Assembly: GCA_964016885.1 (NCBI GenBank)
Contig: OZ024748.1
Span: forward strand, 59,830,001-59,894,000
Length of the DNA: 64,000 bases
Direction: 5' to 3'
Source: Eledone cirrhosa
Taxonomy: Eukaryota
Notes under the pieces: generated by a model
Told to the model about the DNA's origin: nothing
What the model saw: only the letters and a program-made list of their open reading frames with translations
Database searches by the model: none
Part shown: positions 1 to 13,010 of the stretch, in pieces
How positions within the stretch are numbered: the first letter of the stretch is position 1
Layout of the letters: each line of letters begins with the position of its first letter
Position numbers and translations under genes: made by a program

Positions 1-165
<165 letters not shown>

Positions 166-177
166 ATATATATATAC

Positions 178-319
<142 letters not shown>

Positions 320-342
320 CTATATATATATGTATATATATA

Positions 343-890
343 TTTATTGACAGCATGTAAAAATCGACCAGATATACAGTCAACCAAACACAATTAGGCG
401 TAAAAATTGAACTTAGAAGAATTGTGTACATACCAAATTACCTCTACCATGGTTTCATTCGTATTTTAAGACATCCGATAACGGAATGTCTAGAGTTTCG
501 GAATCATCAGGAGCGAACTAAAAATTAGACATTTAACTTTCCAAAGTGATCGCGCCAAAAATACATTCAAAAATGGCTAAGAATCGTTACGAGGCAGCGG
601 TCAAGTTAGAAAGGATGTGATTAGTTGCTTACAGCGGGTAGGCTTAATGCTAGAAAGCGCAGCCTAATACCGCCAAATTGTATCTCAACCTAACGGGAGA
701 TTATTACATATAAATGTTTACATACATATATATAAAAAGTCGTAGATATATATGTGTTTTGCAACAGGTCACGTTGTGGCTCAATGAAAAATTAATAAAT
801 TAAACAATCAGAGCTATATATCATAAAATATGTCTTTAGAATCACTAGATATAATATATACCATTTCCTCTCCCAATTAGCATAATTAAT
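343..890 (-). mobile_element. Penelope-like (PLE) 3'-terminal fragment, family A, between (TA)n tracts
   Basis: Non-repetitive island whose minus-strand 3' end abuts (TA)n at 343 and which contains a hammerhead (442-513); right boundary approximate. Confidence 0.55.
442..513 (-). ncRNA. Type I hammerhead ribozyme (family A)
   Basis: Minus strand: CTC-CTGATGA-[TTC...GACATTCCG TTAT CGGATGTC...GAAT]-GAAA-CCATGG-TA-GAG; stem I CTC/GAG, palindromic stem III CCATGG. Confidence 0.75.
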
Positions 891-900
891 ATATATATAT

Positions 901-1060
901 ATTTAGGTTTGTTGGTTCACCACTGGATAGAACTGGTCATTCCATATTTCGAAGACCTGATGATGTCACCGGATTCTTACTGAACCCTGTCATGGAAACG
1001 ATCATAGTAACCTTTTAAGGAATTATACCAGACCAGACCAGCCTCCTGTTATTTTATAAT
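901..1060 (+). mobile_element. PLE fragment family B with degenerate hammerhead (957-1008) and inverted 5' piece
   Basis: CTGATGA tgtcacc...catg GAAA CGATCA TA; homologous to 44394-44506; 901-940 is the reverse complement of 44621-44660. Confidence 0.55.
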
Positions 1061-1104
1061 ATATATATATTGGAAAATGTGTGTGATTCTTGGTAGAGTT
1101 AGGT

Positions 1105-1436
<332 letters not shown>

Positions 1437-1561
1437 TTTTGAATTGAGTTTGAATTATTTTCCCACATCTTACGTTAACTATTTTTCCATTTTGACGCTA
1501 TAGTCACTTATATATTATGGAATACTGTTGGCTTCTTGCTACAATAATTTCTATACTTTTC

Positions 1562-1608
<47 letters not shown>

Positions 1609-1854
1609 CATAAAAGGAAAAAAATTACGATGAATTTTTTTAAATGTTCGGGACCCCGAAACAACTAGCGCAGGGCCTTATTTGTCCTAAACCCGGCAAT
1701 TCTTTACAAACTTGTTATCTAAACACCTGTGATTACTAAGTACCATGATTTTTAGGAAGGTAGAATACAACTGTAATAATGATGATTCTACATTAGAGTT
1801 AATACGTTGGAGATAAGTAGATAGTCACACTAATGTAATATAATGGTGAGGGTA

Positions 1855-1986
1855 ATTATCTTGATGATGATGATGATGATGGTGATTATGACGATCAGGG
1901 GGATGATGATGATGATGATGATGACGATGATGATGACGATGATGATGATGGTGATGATGATGATGATGATGATGAGCATGATAATA

Positions 1987-2017
<31 letters not shown>

Positions 2018-2168
2018 CGAACAATCGGATGCCAATGATGATGATGGTGATGATGATTATGATGGTGATGATGTCGCCGACGATGATGATGATGCAGAAG
2101 ACGCTGATGATGGCGATTATGCTGATTATGATTATGATCACAATCACTATGATGATGATGATGATGAC
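1855..2168 (+). repeat. (ATG)n degenerate trinucleotide tract
   Basis: Direct reading; explains the poly-M/poly-H/poly-I ORFs. Confidence 0.95.
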
Positions 2169-2438
2169 GCCAAAGTTTAGAAGCAATCAACATAAGTATA
2201 ACATTTATGGCTTGTATTATCTCCCATAGGAGGGAACAGCTAAAGTTAAAATTTATTTTCACTTAATTTGAAATTTCTTCATTCCTTCTCTTCTCCATAT
2301 ATTCCATTATTCCACCATTCCATTCCTCCATTCATTCTGTTATACCATTATTCCAACACTGCTGGATGTCTGCGACTCATTTCTAGTTGAGTCGTTAAAA
2401 TAACCAGTATGTTTAATAAATAATCATGATTGTCATTG

Positions 2439-2572
<134 letters not shown>

Positions 2573-2591
2573 CATATGTATATATATATAC

Positions 2592-2666
<75 letters not shown>

Positions 2667-2733
2667 CATGTATGTACATATGTATTCATGCATCTATCTA
2701 TCTATCTATATATATGTATCTATCTTCCTTTTG

Positions 2734-2767
<34 letters not shown>

Positions 2768-2813
2768 GTTATGTAATAAACAATATAAGGCAATTATTCC
2801 ATTCACACATATA

Positions 2814-2859
<46 letters not shown>

Positions 2860-3055
2860 CATATATATGTATATGTACAAAATATACACACATATGGTCA
2901 TCCCTCACTCTGTTTATCTCTCTCTCCCTCTCCATCTCTCTCCCCCTCTCTTTCTCTATCTCTCCCTATATATATTTATGCAAACATACATACAAACAAA
3001 CACATACACACACACATATGTATATGTTGACATACATATATATGTGTGAGTGTGG

Positions 3056-3109
<54 letters not shown>

Positions 3110-3404
3110 GCATTAAGATAGTAGTCACTTGTTGATTGCTTTAATGATAAGAAGTAATGCTTATGATACTTATGCTACCTGAAAGACTCTTTTATTTCAT
3201 CAATTAGTCATTTAATTGACTGTTTCCGAAATGGAATTGAAAGACTGCAATTATGTGCCACTTTCTACGACTACAACAAATTGAATATAGTGAAAATGTG
3301 TCGCCGGAAGTGAAATTACGTCATAAAGTTAACTCTACAAGTAGGAGAAGATTGTCCAGGTCAACAACTAATGTAACAATAAGACCTGTATTTATTGATT
3401 ATTA

Positions 3405-4455
3405 ACATCAATAATGATAACAACGGCAACATTAGTAGAGATAAGCACACCAATGGTTATAACAGTAATAACAAGAGTAACAACAATAACAACAATAACA
3501 ACAGTAATTACAATAACAACAGCAGCCATAACAGATATAACTACAATAACAACAGTAGCCATAACAGATATAACTACAATAACAACAGCAGTAATAACAA
3601 CAATAACAACAGTAGCCATAACAGATATAACAACAGCAGTAATAACAACAATAACAACAGTAGCCATAACAGCTATAACAACAATAACAACAGCAGTGAT
3701 AACAACAATAACAACAGTAGCCATAACAGATATAACAACAATAACAACAGCAGTAATAACAACAATAATTACAATAACAACAGCAGTAATAACAACAATA
3801 ATTACTATAACAACAGCAGTAATAACAACAATAATTACAATAACAACAGCAGTAATAACAACAATAACAACAATAACAATAACAATAGCAGCCATAACAG
3901 ATATAACAACAATAACAACAGCAGTAATAACAACAATAACAACAGCAGTAATAACAACAATAACATCAACAACAGTAATACCAACAATAACAACAGTAGC
4001 CATAACAGATATATCTACAATATCAACAGCAGTAATAACAACAATAACAACAATAACAACAATAACAACAAGAGCCACATAAACAACAACAGCCACAGTA
4101 GCAATAACAACAACAGCAGACATAAGAAGTGCAACAATAAGAACACCAACAACAACAATACAAATAACAACAACAACAATAACAACAATACAAACAACAA
4201 CAACAATAAGAACATTAACAACAATACAAATAACAACAACAACAATACAAATAACAACAACAACACTAACAACAACAATAATAACAATACAAATAACAAC
4301 AACAACATTAACAACAATACAAATAACAACATTAACAACAATACAAATAACAACAATAACAATAATAATGACAACACCAATAACAAGAGAAATAGCAATA
4401 ATTATAACAACTACAACAACAGCAATAATAACAACAGCTTCAGAAAAACAACAAC
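3405..4455 (+). repeat. (AAC/AAT)-rich cryptic trinucleotide tract with about 30-bp higher-order units
   Basis: Repeated ACAACAGTAGCCATAACAGATATA and ACAACAGCAGTAATAACAACAATA units; explains the 414-aa poly-N ORF. Confidence 0.9.
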
Positions 4456-4732
4456 TCCCTGCATGTGTGGTCCCCAAGGCATTCCAAACATGACTCTCCA
4501 GTCTCTCTCCAGTCTTTTTATGGGATTCTTTCAAAGACTAATTTATTTCATGTCTCCCTCTTTATTTAACCCTTTCATTGCCATGTTTCTATTGAAATTA
4601 ATTTGGGAACTTAACAAAGGTTCTTATATAGAAATATGATAGATTGCTTTCACTTCAATTTATTATAATAAATTTATAAATTTCCGGTTGGTTGGTTGGT
4701 TGGTTCCACAAGCAGATGATTGTTTATATATT

Positions 4733-4775
4733 GTCAAAGTTCTTTCGTCACACATTCTGTGACCTCTTCAGTGAC
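4733..4775 (-). ncRNA. Type I hammerhead ribozyme (family C, antisense arm)
   Basis: GTCA-CTGAAGA-G GTCAC AGAATGT GTGAC-GAAA-GAAC-TT-TGAC on the minus strand. Confidence 0.75.
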
Positions 4776-5027
4776 TGGGGATTCTTTTCTTTGTTTTTGT
4801 GCCTCTCCTTTGAATGGAACAGCAATATCACAACTTACAATTAAGGACAAAATAGAACAAACAACCAACCGGTAACATGTAAATAAACAAATAAATAAAC
4901 AAATATAAACACACACACATACACCCGGATGTAACACATGCGCAAACTAAGCACACAACACACACAAAAACAAGATGGCGTAGGACAGAACAAAGGAGAG
5001 GCACAAAAACAAAGAAAAGAATCCCCA

Positions 5028-5070
5028 GTCACTGAAGAGGTCACATAATGAGTGACGAAAGAACTTTGAC
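5028..5070 (+). ncRNA. Type I hammerhead ribozyme (family C)
   Basis: GTCA-CTGAAGA-G GTCAC ATAATGA GTGAC-GAAA-GAAC-TT-TGAC; stem I GTCA/TGAC, stem II GTCAC/GTGAC, minimal stem III. Confidence 0.75.
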
Positions 5071-6768
5071 AATATATAAACAATCATCTGGTTGTGGAAC
5101 CAACCAACCAACCGGAAATTTATAAATTCCTAAATTTATAAATTTATTATAATAAATTGAAGTGAAAGCAACTGGTGCGTGTGTTTCTTATTGGCAACAT
5201 GACCCTCCCAAAGTATAACAATATCGGTTTCAACACACGTTTTCAGATAAAGAATCTTGCTAAACAAATTCAGAAACGAAATATGATAGATTGTTTTGCA
5301 ATAAATCGAAGCAATTTCAACCAAGGAGTTTTTATATCGTAGAACCAGGAACGATTTCAAGCTGTTTATTATGGGCAGGTTTAATACAGTAGAGTTTAAT
5401 TTGAGAGACATTTGGTTGCTACTTCTAGCAAGTCGATCAGCCACAAAGACGCTCCTCTCGCTGGTCGTTTTAAGATATTATTCTATGGATATTATGAAAG
5501 CTAAACAAATATCTTATGGACACAGTGAAGAGCAATATCATAGTAAAATGTGATACAGAGTTTATAGTTTCATCTCCTTCCCCTCTATCTCCCCCTCTCT
5601 ATCTTTCTATCTATTCTCTCACCCCCTTTCTCGTTCTCTCACACTTTCTCTTTCTCTTTCTCTCTCTATCTCATTGTTTCTTTCTTTCTTTCTCTCTCCT
5701 CTTTCAATTTGTCTCTCACCCACTCTCACTCCCTCTCATTCTTTCTTTCTTTCACTCTTTCTCTTTCTCTCTATTGCCTTTCTCCCTTTCTCTCTCACTC
5801 TCTCTCTCTCAGTCTCTCTCTCTTTGTTTTATTTTCACTGAGAGAAAGACAACGTAGACGCAATTATTAATTTGTGTGTCTTATAACCTTTCATAAAATA
5901 AAGAAATAAATGTTCAGAAAACATCTTCAGACAAGACGTGGTACGGTCCAAGAGGGCGCCAGCTGTACTATATTCATTACGAAAGAAAAACAATTCAAAA
6001 TGGCTGCCTCGGTTTAGTGAAAACGCTAAAAATAATAAAGTAAAAACAGTAACAAAACACAAACAAAAACATATTAGTAAAGAAGTTAGCGCTGACAACA
6101 TTTGTTGTCCTTTTAGAACCAATCGTTCAAGTTGTCAGCTTCATGTTCCTTAATTGTATTACGTTAGAAAATAAAAATAAAATACAACTAAAAGAAATTC
6201 TTGACTTTATATAAATACTAAATAAATATTACCGTAGATTATTACAGAGCTAAAAAACAATGGAATGGAGAAAGGAAAAATGGAAGCGACCTACAACCCT
6301 CTCCATTGTCGATCTGAATGATGGAAGAGATGATAATGTTGTTGTGAACTTTTTCCATAGAGAAGAAGTGATTCAGTTAAAATGTGATTGGCAGTATTGA
6401 GTATATGAGGCGAAAGTGTTCAGTCGATATGTCATCAATGAATATATACACAAACAAAGTGAATATGAAAACATGTCAAGCAGACGTCAAGTAAATGGTG
6501 GATAATAACATCAAACCTCCACTTTCACGTTGACAACAGACAACGAAAAATAAACATAAATATATTCGTACGTGTATGCATACGTACAGGTATGTATACC
6601 TGTATGTATACGTGTATGTATACATACGTGTAAATATACAGGGATGTCTCAAAAGTTACTTTATATTTTCGTGTATTTATTGTATTCAAAATAGCTAGTG
6701 GCTTTTAAAGTGCCTTCTATATACATACACACATACACTAAAACACACACACACACGCACACACACAG

Positions 6769-6814
<46 letters not shown>

Positions 6815-7156
6815 GAGCACACAAATATATAGGTACACTCACAACTATATATAGACATTCGCACCCCCATATATATGTATGTATAACAATAATTTCGGAT
6901 AACAGACAAAATATCGATCATATTGCCTGGCAATCGCACGGTCCAACAATAATGTTAAGAATAGTTCCCCATTAGGTTCATAATTAATCTCTACTAAAAT
7001 TGAAAATTATCCGGAGCAGAACTACAATAATATAATAAAACATCAGTTAATATAGCCTAGACAAAATGTACCCAGGACTATGTCAGACATATAGTTATAA
7101 AGACGTAAGAAAGGCGGGAAGGTAAGCAAGGAATTACACGAAGCTCGTAAAAAAAC

Positions 7157-7243
7157 GTTCTGAACTCAGAACGCAAAGGGCCATAACTCAATGCTGTAAA
7201 GATTGGTGTATGACGCTCTGCCGATACTGCCAATCCACCGCCC
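7157..7243 (-). mobile_element. tRNA-derived SINE head fragment
   Basis: TGAACTCAGAACG...CCGATACTGCCAATCCACCGCCC is the reverse complement of the SINE 5' part at 8263. Confidence 0.75.
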
Positions 7244-7563
7244 AACAAGAAACAATGCTAATAGCTAATATTAGCTTAACAGGCATCATTAAGATGTGAA
7301 GGGTCATGGTCAATAGGTGGCATCTTAGTAAAATATACATATTCCTGCCATCAGCCATGCAATCAACACGATCTGTGAACACACTTTTAAATGCCGCTTA
7401 AGAAGATTCAGACAGGAGCAACAGGAATGCTATATATAGCTCCGCGTTAGGACTCCAATTCAGCTCGACTAATTTACATATGTTTGGAGCAGAAATACAA
7501 AATAATAATATTGTCTAAGCAATGTAAACTGATGTAATATTGCTCTCTCTCTCTCTCTCTCTC

Positions 7564-7605
<42 letters not shown>

Positions 7606-7700
7606 TACATACATACACATATGTATATATATATACTTATATATGTAGACTTAGCACTTGTTTATAGGAAAGTGCTATTAAGCTTCATATCATTGTACCT

Positions 7701-7770
7701 TATTTTATCTGAAGAGAACACAATATCTGTCCCAGGATGATGTTGCGTTCGAAAAACGTATAATAAAATA
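7701..7770 (+). ncRNA. Type I hammerhead ribozyme (family Q) in PLE island 7645-7810
   Basis: TATTTTAT-CTGAAGA-GAACACAA...TTGCGTTC-GAAA-AACGTA-TA-ATAAAATA; 8-bp stem I; second copy at 32913-32982. Confidence 0.75.
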
Positions 7771-7835
7771 TATGGAACTCTTATAACCATCTTTTATTTC
7801 ATCTTTATTATACTTATATATGTGTATATATATGG

Positions 7836-7892
<57 letters not shown>

Positions 7893-8262
7893 ATGGCCTC
7901 AGTCGGATGGCTGGAACAGGTAAAAGAATATATATATATATATATAAATATATACATATATATACACATGCACTTACACACACACACACACACTCACATA
8001 TATATATATATGTAAGGTGTATAATGATAATGTTATTACAATGAGTTCCCCCGAACGATTAGTAGTGTAAATAAAATACATAAAGCAATTCTTGGCAAGT
8101 CGGTGAAGTCCATCAAACAGTAGTGCACCTTCTACTCCCTCCACCTCTTACTCTCCTCCTCCTTCTCGTTCCCTTCGCTTAACCTGGCCAGAATTTTCTC
8201 ACCTCGTTATGCTCAAACCAGCTGTAACAGGCCGCTCATACTGACATTAAGGTATTATTCTT

Positions 8263-8451
8263 GGGTGGTGGATTGGCAGTATCGGTAGAGGGTCGGACGC
8301 CATGCTTTGACGCATAGAGTTACGGCCCTTTCCATTCTGAGTTCAAATCCCGCCGAGGTTAACTTTGCCTTTCATCCTTACGGGGTCGATAAAATAAAGT
8401 ACCAGTAATACACTGGGTTATTGCTGGCCTTGTGCTAAAAGTAGAAACAAT
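8263..8451 (+). mobile_element. Full-length tRNA-derived SINE (Deu/Nin-like core) with 11-bp TSD
   Basis: A box TGGCAGTATCGG, B box GAGTTCAAATCC, core GCCTTTCATCCTTACGGGGTCGATAAAATAAAGTACCAG; flanked by AAGGTATTATT (8249-8259, 8453-8463); more than 15 copies in the window. Confidence 0.9.
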
Positions 8452-8988
8452 CAAGGTATTATTGTCAAAGTAAATAACATCAAAATCTCAGATTCGATAT
8501 TATGTGAGATAATTATTTAAGATAAAGCATTTACCACAAAAATCCAATAGTAAATATATAGTAATAGTAATGTCAATGCTAAAGGGTTAAAACATCCAGG
8601 ACGTCGTCTTCAGATAGATATTTGACCAGCCATGGTCCTATCCGACCACTTACACAACCTTACCTTACCTTACGTGACACTTCCTGCTGAGAATAGAATA
8701 TTTTCGATGTTTCACTGTTTTTCTCATTCACAACATGAAACTATCTGGAAGAGGAATATTGAAAAATACTGAACTAAAGCTATTTATTCACAGATGCTAA
8801 TATACTTCTTTCTGTCACGCAATCTTCATGTTATGTTATATGCCGCATGTGGCATTGATTCCCAGGTAAGAATTTTGTTCAACAATTTGCCCGGAGTTAC
8901 GATACATCACCTGTAATGTGAAGTATGTTAATGAAGCATACCCTCTCTCTATTAGTGTTTTTATTTCATACAGAGACTCCCTCCACAT

Positions 8989-9071
<83 letters not shown>

Positions 9072-9074
9072 AAG

Positions 9075-9450
9075 TAACTATGAAGAAATAATAGACAAAT
9101 GATATAGACTGTCTTCCGCGAGAGACAGCCAGATTAGGTTTACCTAGTTATTTATTGACTAGACAAATAATTAACCTCATATATGCATTTTTTCTTCAAA
9201 ATTCTATTTGATACCCAACTCCGTGTAGTTAATTATTTGTCTAGTCAATTTCGCGGAAGATAGTCTATATCATTTGTCTATTATTTCTTCATAGTTATAT
9301 TTCAATCTATCTAATTTATCATTCTTTCTTCTCATGAAGGACTAGCGCTCGAAACGCTAACACCCTCTTCCTGCTATTTCAAGCGTTAATCTGATATATT
9401 CCTTCCACATACTATACCGATTGTGTTGTTATTTCTTCTTATCTTTTACA
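9075..9450 (+). mobile_element. PLE fold-back fragment family D with decayed hammerhead (9331-9360)
   Basis: 9075-9176 inverted against 9228-9297; CTCATGAAGGACTAGCGCTCGAAACG resembles CTGATGA...GAAAC; its 3' end motif recurs at 14757-14807 and 30325-30375. Confidence 0.55.
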
Positions 9451-9467
9451 TATATATATATACACAT

Positions 9468-9555
<88 letters not shown>

Positions 9556-9562
9556 ATATGTA

Positions 9563-9787
9563 TGTAACAGATAAGCAGAAAAAACAACACAATTGGTATA
9601 TTAGTAAAAGGAAAAGAAAATGGTGACAAATTTTTCCCAGTAAAAAATAGTTTAAATAGGAATAAGTATAAATTAGTAATAAGTATTGGTTAGTATTCAG
9701 TTTTAGTTTTAAGCTTTTACCGGTTGCGCATTTCTAATGCTTTTCAAAAATAATTTTGAGATAGAGCGCTCGTGATGTTTGCTCTAA

Positions 9788-9790
<3 letters not shown>
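9563..9790 (-). mobile_element. 3' end copy (family F) of the Neptune-type PLE at 52575-54541
   Basis: Reverse-complement similarity to 54315-54505 (AGAGCAAACATCACG...GAAATGCGCAACCGGTAAAA). Confidence 0.8.
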
Positions 9791-9818
<28 letters not shown>

Positions 9819-10684
9819 GTCTATAAAACATTGTAGAAAGAGTTGAAAACACGTCAGAAACTTTCAATGTCTCCAATATCTTTAACTCAGTTAAAGAACT
9901 TTTAATGAAGACTTTGTTTTCATATTCTTCTCACCAATTATTTAGACAAGCATCACATTTATTTTTTATATTTCTTTCTTATTTTTGTATTGCCTTTGTA
10001 TTATTTTTCTGTTGTATCTATATCATTTTTGTGTTAGGTTTTTATCCTTTTCTTTTACGTATTTATTATTGTTGTGTTGTATATATAATACCTTTGTATT
10101 GTGTTTATCTCACTTTTGTGTTACATGTTTATTATATTGTTATACGTATTTTTTTAGTGTTGTTTTTCGTATAATTTTCCAAAGACAAGTTCTCATGATG
10201 TTCACCTTCATTACTTTCTAACAACATACCATTATGATTCCCGCCGTGGTAAAGAATCTCTATCTGTTTGCGTGACCTTGTCTTATTATTCACTTGATAC
10301 AAACCTATTTTTGACAGTTTTGTCTTAGGTTGTCTGGAGGATATCAGCTCTGTATCTATAGCAATCTTTCCTTATATTCCTCTCCTTTTCTGTTTGTTTG
10401 TAATTTTACTGTCATGAAATATTCGATCATTTTGAATCATTCTGTTGTTGTAACAAACTTTTTACTGATTGTTTAGTGAATTTCTTGTTTAATCACACTT
10501 TGATGCTTTGGTTTCAAACGCTGTGTGTACACGTGTGTGGAGTGTTGAAGGATTTTCATCTACATAAAGCTGTCCCAGGTTCGGTCTCACTGTTTCTCAA
10601 ACCTCCATTTATAAACAGATTTCAAGTGAATCCAAACAAAATTAATTCTGTAAAACTGGTATATGAATATAGATACAAAATATG

Positions 10685-10745
<61 letters not shown>

Positions 10746-10749
<4 letters not shown>

Positions 10750-10922
10750 AAAAAGGTCAGGACCCTGACGTCTGAGCTCCGGCCGTTCCGACAACTAGAT
10801 CCGAACTAAGCCACCAGTATTAGGACGGCGGGAATCTAGCTGAACTTATCAAGGGGTACAGTCCATATATGGACATGCAGTCAAAACAAAACAAAGAAAG
10901 TAGAAATATCAAACAATCCTAA
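10746..10922 (-). mobile_element. PLE fragment family G with U3-A8 hammerhead (10762-10857)
   Basis: Minus strand ACCCC-TTGATAA-GTTCAGCTAGATT...GAA-CGGCCGGAGCTCAGACG-TC-AGGGT; diverged homolog of 29298-29392; sits between (TA)n tracts. Confidence 0.7.
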
Positions 10923-11027
10923 TATATATATATATATATATATACGTTATTCCGGGTTGAATCGGAGGTAACCACAGTAAGTAAGGTACTCAATACATAG
11001 CAGAGTATAAAAGTTTTAATATAGATG

Positions 11028-11078
11028 AGATTCTACAGGACTAGAACTGTTTCATTCATTAGAAATCATCAGGAATCT
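11028..11078 (-). ncRNA. Type I hammerhead ribozyme (family H, antisense arm)
   Basis: AGATTC-CTGATGA-TTTC TAAT GAAT-GAAA-CAG TTCTAGTC CTG-TA-GAATCT on the minus strand. Confidence 0.85.
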
Positions 11079-11323
11079 GGGTATCAAAAAATAAGAGAAA
11101 CTTAATGACAAGGAATGGTATGCCATCCGGAACCTGTTTATAGAATTCTGTCTGCCCTTGTTACTCTAAAAACATAAATAAATAAAAATAAACTATAGCT
11201 TTGTAGAATTAGCTTTTAATGAATTCCCTTTTCTATCAACCAATGACCTGCACCCATCCCACTCCCCACCCTCTCCTACCACTTGTAGAGACCTATAAAT
11301 ACCATTTTTATTTTTTGATACCC

Positions 11324-11374
11324 AGATTCCTGATGAGTTCTAATGAATGAAACAGTTCTAGTCCTGTAGAATCT
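11324..11374 (+). ncRNA. Type I hammerhead ribozyme (family H)
   Basis: AGATTC-CTGATGA-GTTC TAAT GAAT-GAAA-CAG TTCTAGTC CTG-TA-GAATCT; all three stems pair, GUA cleavage triplet. Confidence 0.9.
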
Positions 11375-11388
11375 CATCTATATTAAAA

Positions 11389-11426
<38 letters not shown>

Positions 11427-11494
11427 CAAGGGAAAGCAAATAAAGAAAACATTTTAAAATAAATTTCAAAGAATTCACTGTACTTATTATATGT

Positions 11495-11575
11495 GCCGTT
11501 ACCGCGCTTTCAGATCCCAAACAAATAGATAATCCAAGTGGATTTTCATTGAGAAAGAGATCATCGTCAGAAGGC
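11495..11575 (-). ncRNA. Type I hammerhead ribozyme (family I, slightly decayed) in island 11422-11745
   Basis: GCCTT-CTGACGA-T GATCTC...GGGATC T-GAAA-GCGCGG-TA-ACGGC on the minus strand. Confidence 0.65.
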
Positions 11576-11780
11576 TTTTCTCTCTCGAAGAATAGAAAAT
11601 TCCCGAGTTCAAATTACAAACTGGCGCCATACAAAACTGGCTCAGAACGAGAGTAAATGGATGATGAAACAATTTTGTCTAGTACCGTGTGTAAAGACAG
11701 AAAGCAAGGCAGTCAGGTCAATGTCCTGCTGCTAAAAATACCAAATATATATATATATGAATATATATAAATGAGAGAGG

Positions 11781-11860
<80 letters not shown>

Positions 11861-12649
11861 GAGTGGGTTGTTTAAACAATACAACCCGGAATATAGAATA
11901 GCAAGATATTTCATTGACGACTTGTTGATTAGTCATATCTTGATTGGTTATCAGATTTCTCTAATTGATTCTCTCTCATTGAGTTGATAAACTAAAGGTG
12001 ACAAACTTCTCTCTCCTCCTTCACAGGTAAAACACACTCTATCTGCTTTCTATCACATATACACTGTCTTTCTTTCCCTCTCCAACCCCCCCTCTCTCCC
12101 CCTCCACCTTCGCTCCCCCTCCCCCTCGCTCTCTCTCTCTCTCTCTCTGGAGGTGTCTTCCAGCTTCCCTCGCATACAGTCAGTTACAGTCACACACAGG
12201 TTCTCAAACACACGCACACACGCCCACACAAACACACACGCACACACTCACGCGCACACACACACACTCTCTGCCTCTCTCGAGTTATTTTCCAACTTGC
12301 CTCTCACACATATGAACGCATACACAGACATACATATTGACACAATTTCTCAAATACACTCACAGTTTCTCCAACACACACACACACACGCACACACATG
12401 CGCACACACTTACACACATAGTCTCGTTCTCTCTCTCGAGCTATGTTGCAACTACCATCGCACACATAGTCACACAGTCACACACAGCCACACATATTCA
12501 TACACAGTTCCTCGAATACACACATACACACACTGTTGATATATATATATATATGCTATATCGATCGACTTTCGTCAAATCGGACCGAGGAAACAATGTT
12601 TCCGTTGGTCTTGCCAGTTGCTAATACTATCTATCGGTCGCAACTCCAG

Positions 12650-12768
12650 GTAGAAGGAGCAACGTGAAATAAAGTGTCTTGCTCAAGGACATCACGCATC
12701 GCCTGGCCTGGGAATCGAACTGACAACCTCAAGTTTGTGAATCCAATTCTCTATCCACTCCACGTCTT
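12650..12768 (-). mobile_element. Second tRNA-derived SINE family (fragment)
   Basis: GGAGCAACGTGAAATAAAGTGTCTTGCTCAAGGAC...GGGAATCGAAC is the reverse complement of the B box + core at 39570-39635. Confidence 0.7.
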
Positions 12769-12770
12769 CA

Positions 12771-12838
<68 letters not shown>

Positions 12839-12844
12839 ATATAT

Positions 12845-12938
12845 GGAAAAAATGAAACGAAATTTCATTTCTCACTCTTAGTACGGCTGTTACTTAAATA
12901 TAAGTATGTATACGTACATACATATATGTGTACAGTAG

Positions 12939-13010
<72 letters not shown>

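Larger units (their letters stand above)
4644..5282 (+). mobile_element. PLE fold-back insertion family C with target-site duplication
   Basis: 4644-4812 is the reverse complement of 4991-5171; flanked by direct repeat GAAATATGATAGATTG (4631-4646, 5278-5293); other copies at 17581-18318 and 62771-62976. Confidence 0.85.
10945..11391 (+). mobile_element. PLE fold-back insertion family H
   Basis: 11014-11094 is the reverse complement of 11308-11391; both ends in (TA)n; forward arm opens with a possible ORF tail EKLNDKEWYAIRNLF...*; copies at 27015-27140 and 48850-49140. Confidence 0.85.

Noticed and set aside
1825-2262. Poly-His / poly-Met ORFs
   Set aside because: (ATG)n microsatellite.
3395-4639. 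414-aa Asn-rich ORF and overlapping antisense ORFs
   Set aside because: Product of AAC/AAT repeats, open in several frames on both strands.
5876-5935. CTGAAGA...GAAA on the minus strand as a hammerhead
   Set aside because: Stem I out of register, and stem II not adjacent to GAAA.
6637-6720. Tc1-like TIR start TACAGGGATGTCTCAAAAG
   Set aside because: No matching second TIR found.
8263-8355. tRNA gene (A and B boxes)
   Set aside because: SINE head: no cloverleaf, followed by the SINE core and flanked by a TSD.
10200-10390. Minus-strand peptide KDCYRYRADILQ resembling a LINE APE N-terminus
   Set aside because: Too short and interrupted to support without a profile search.
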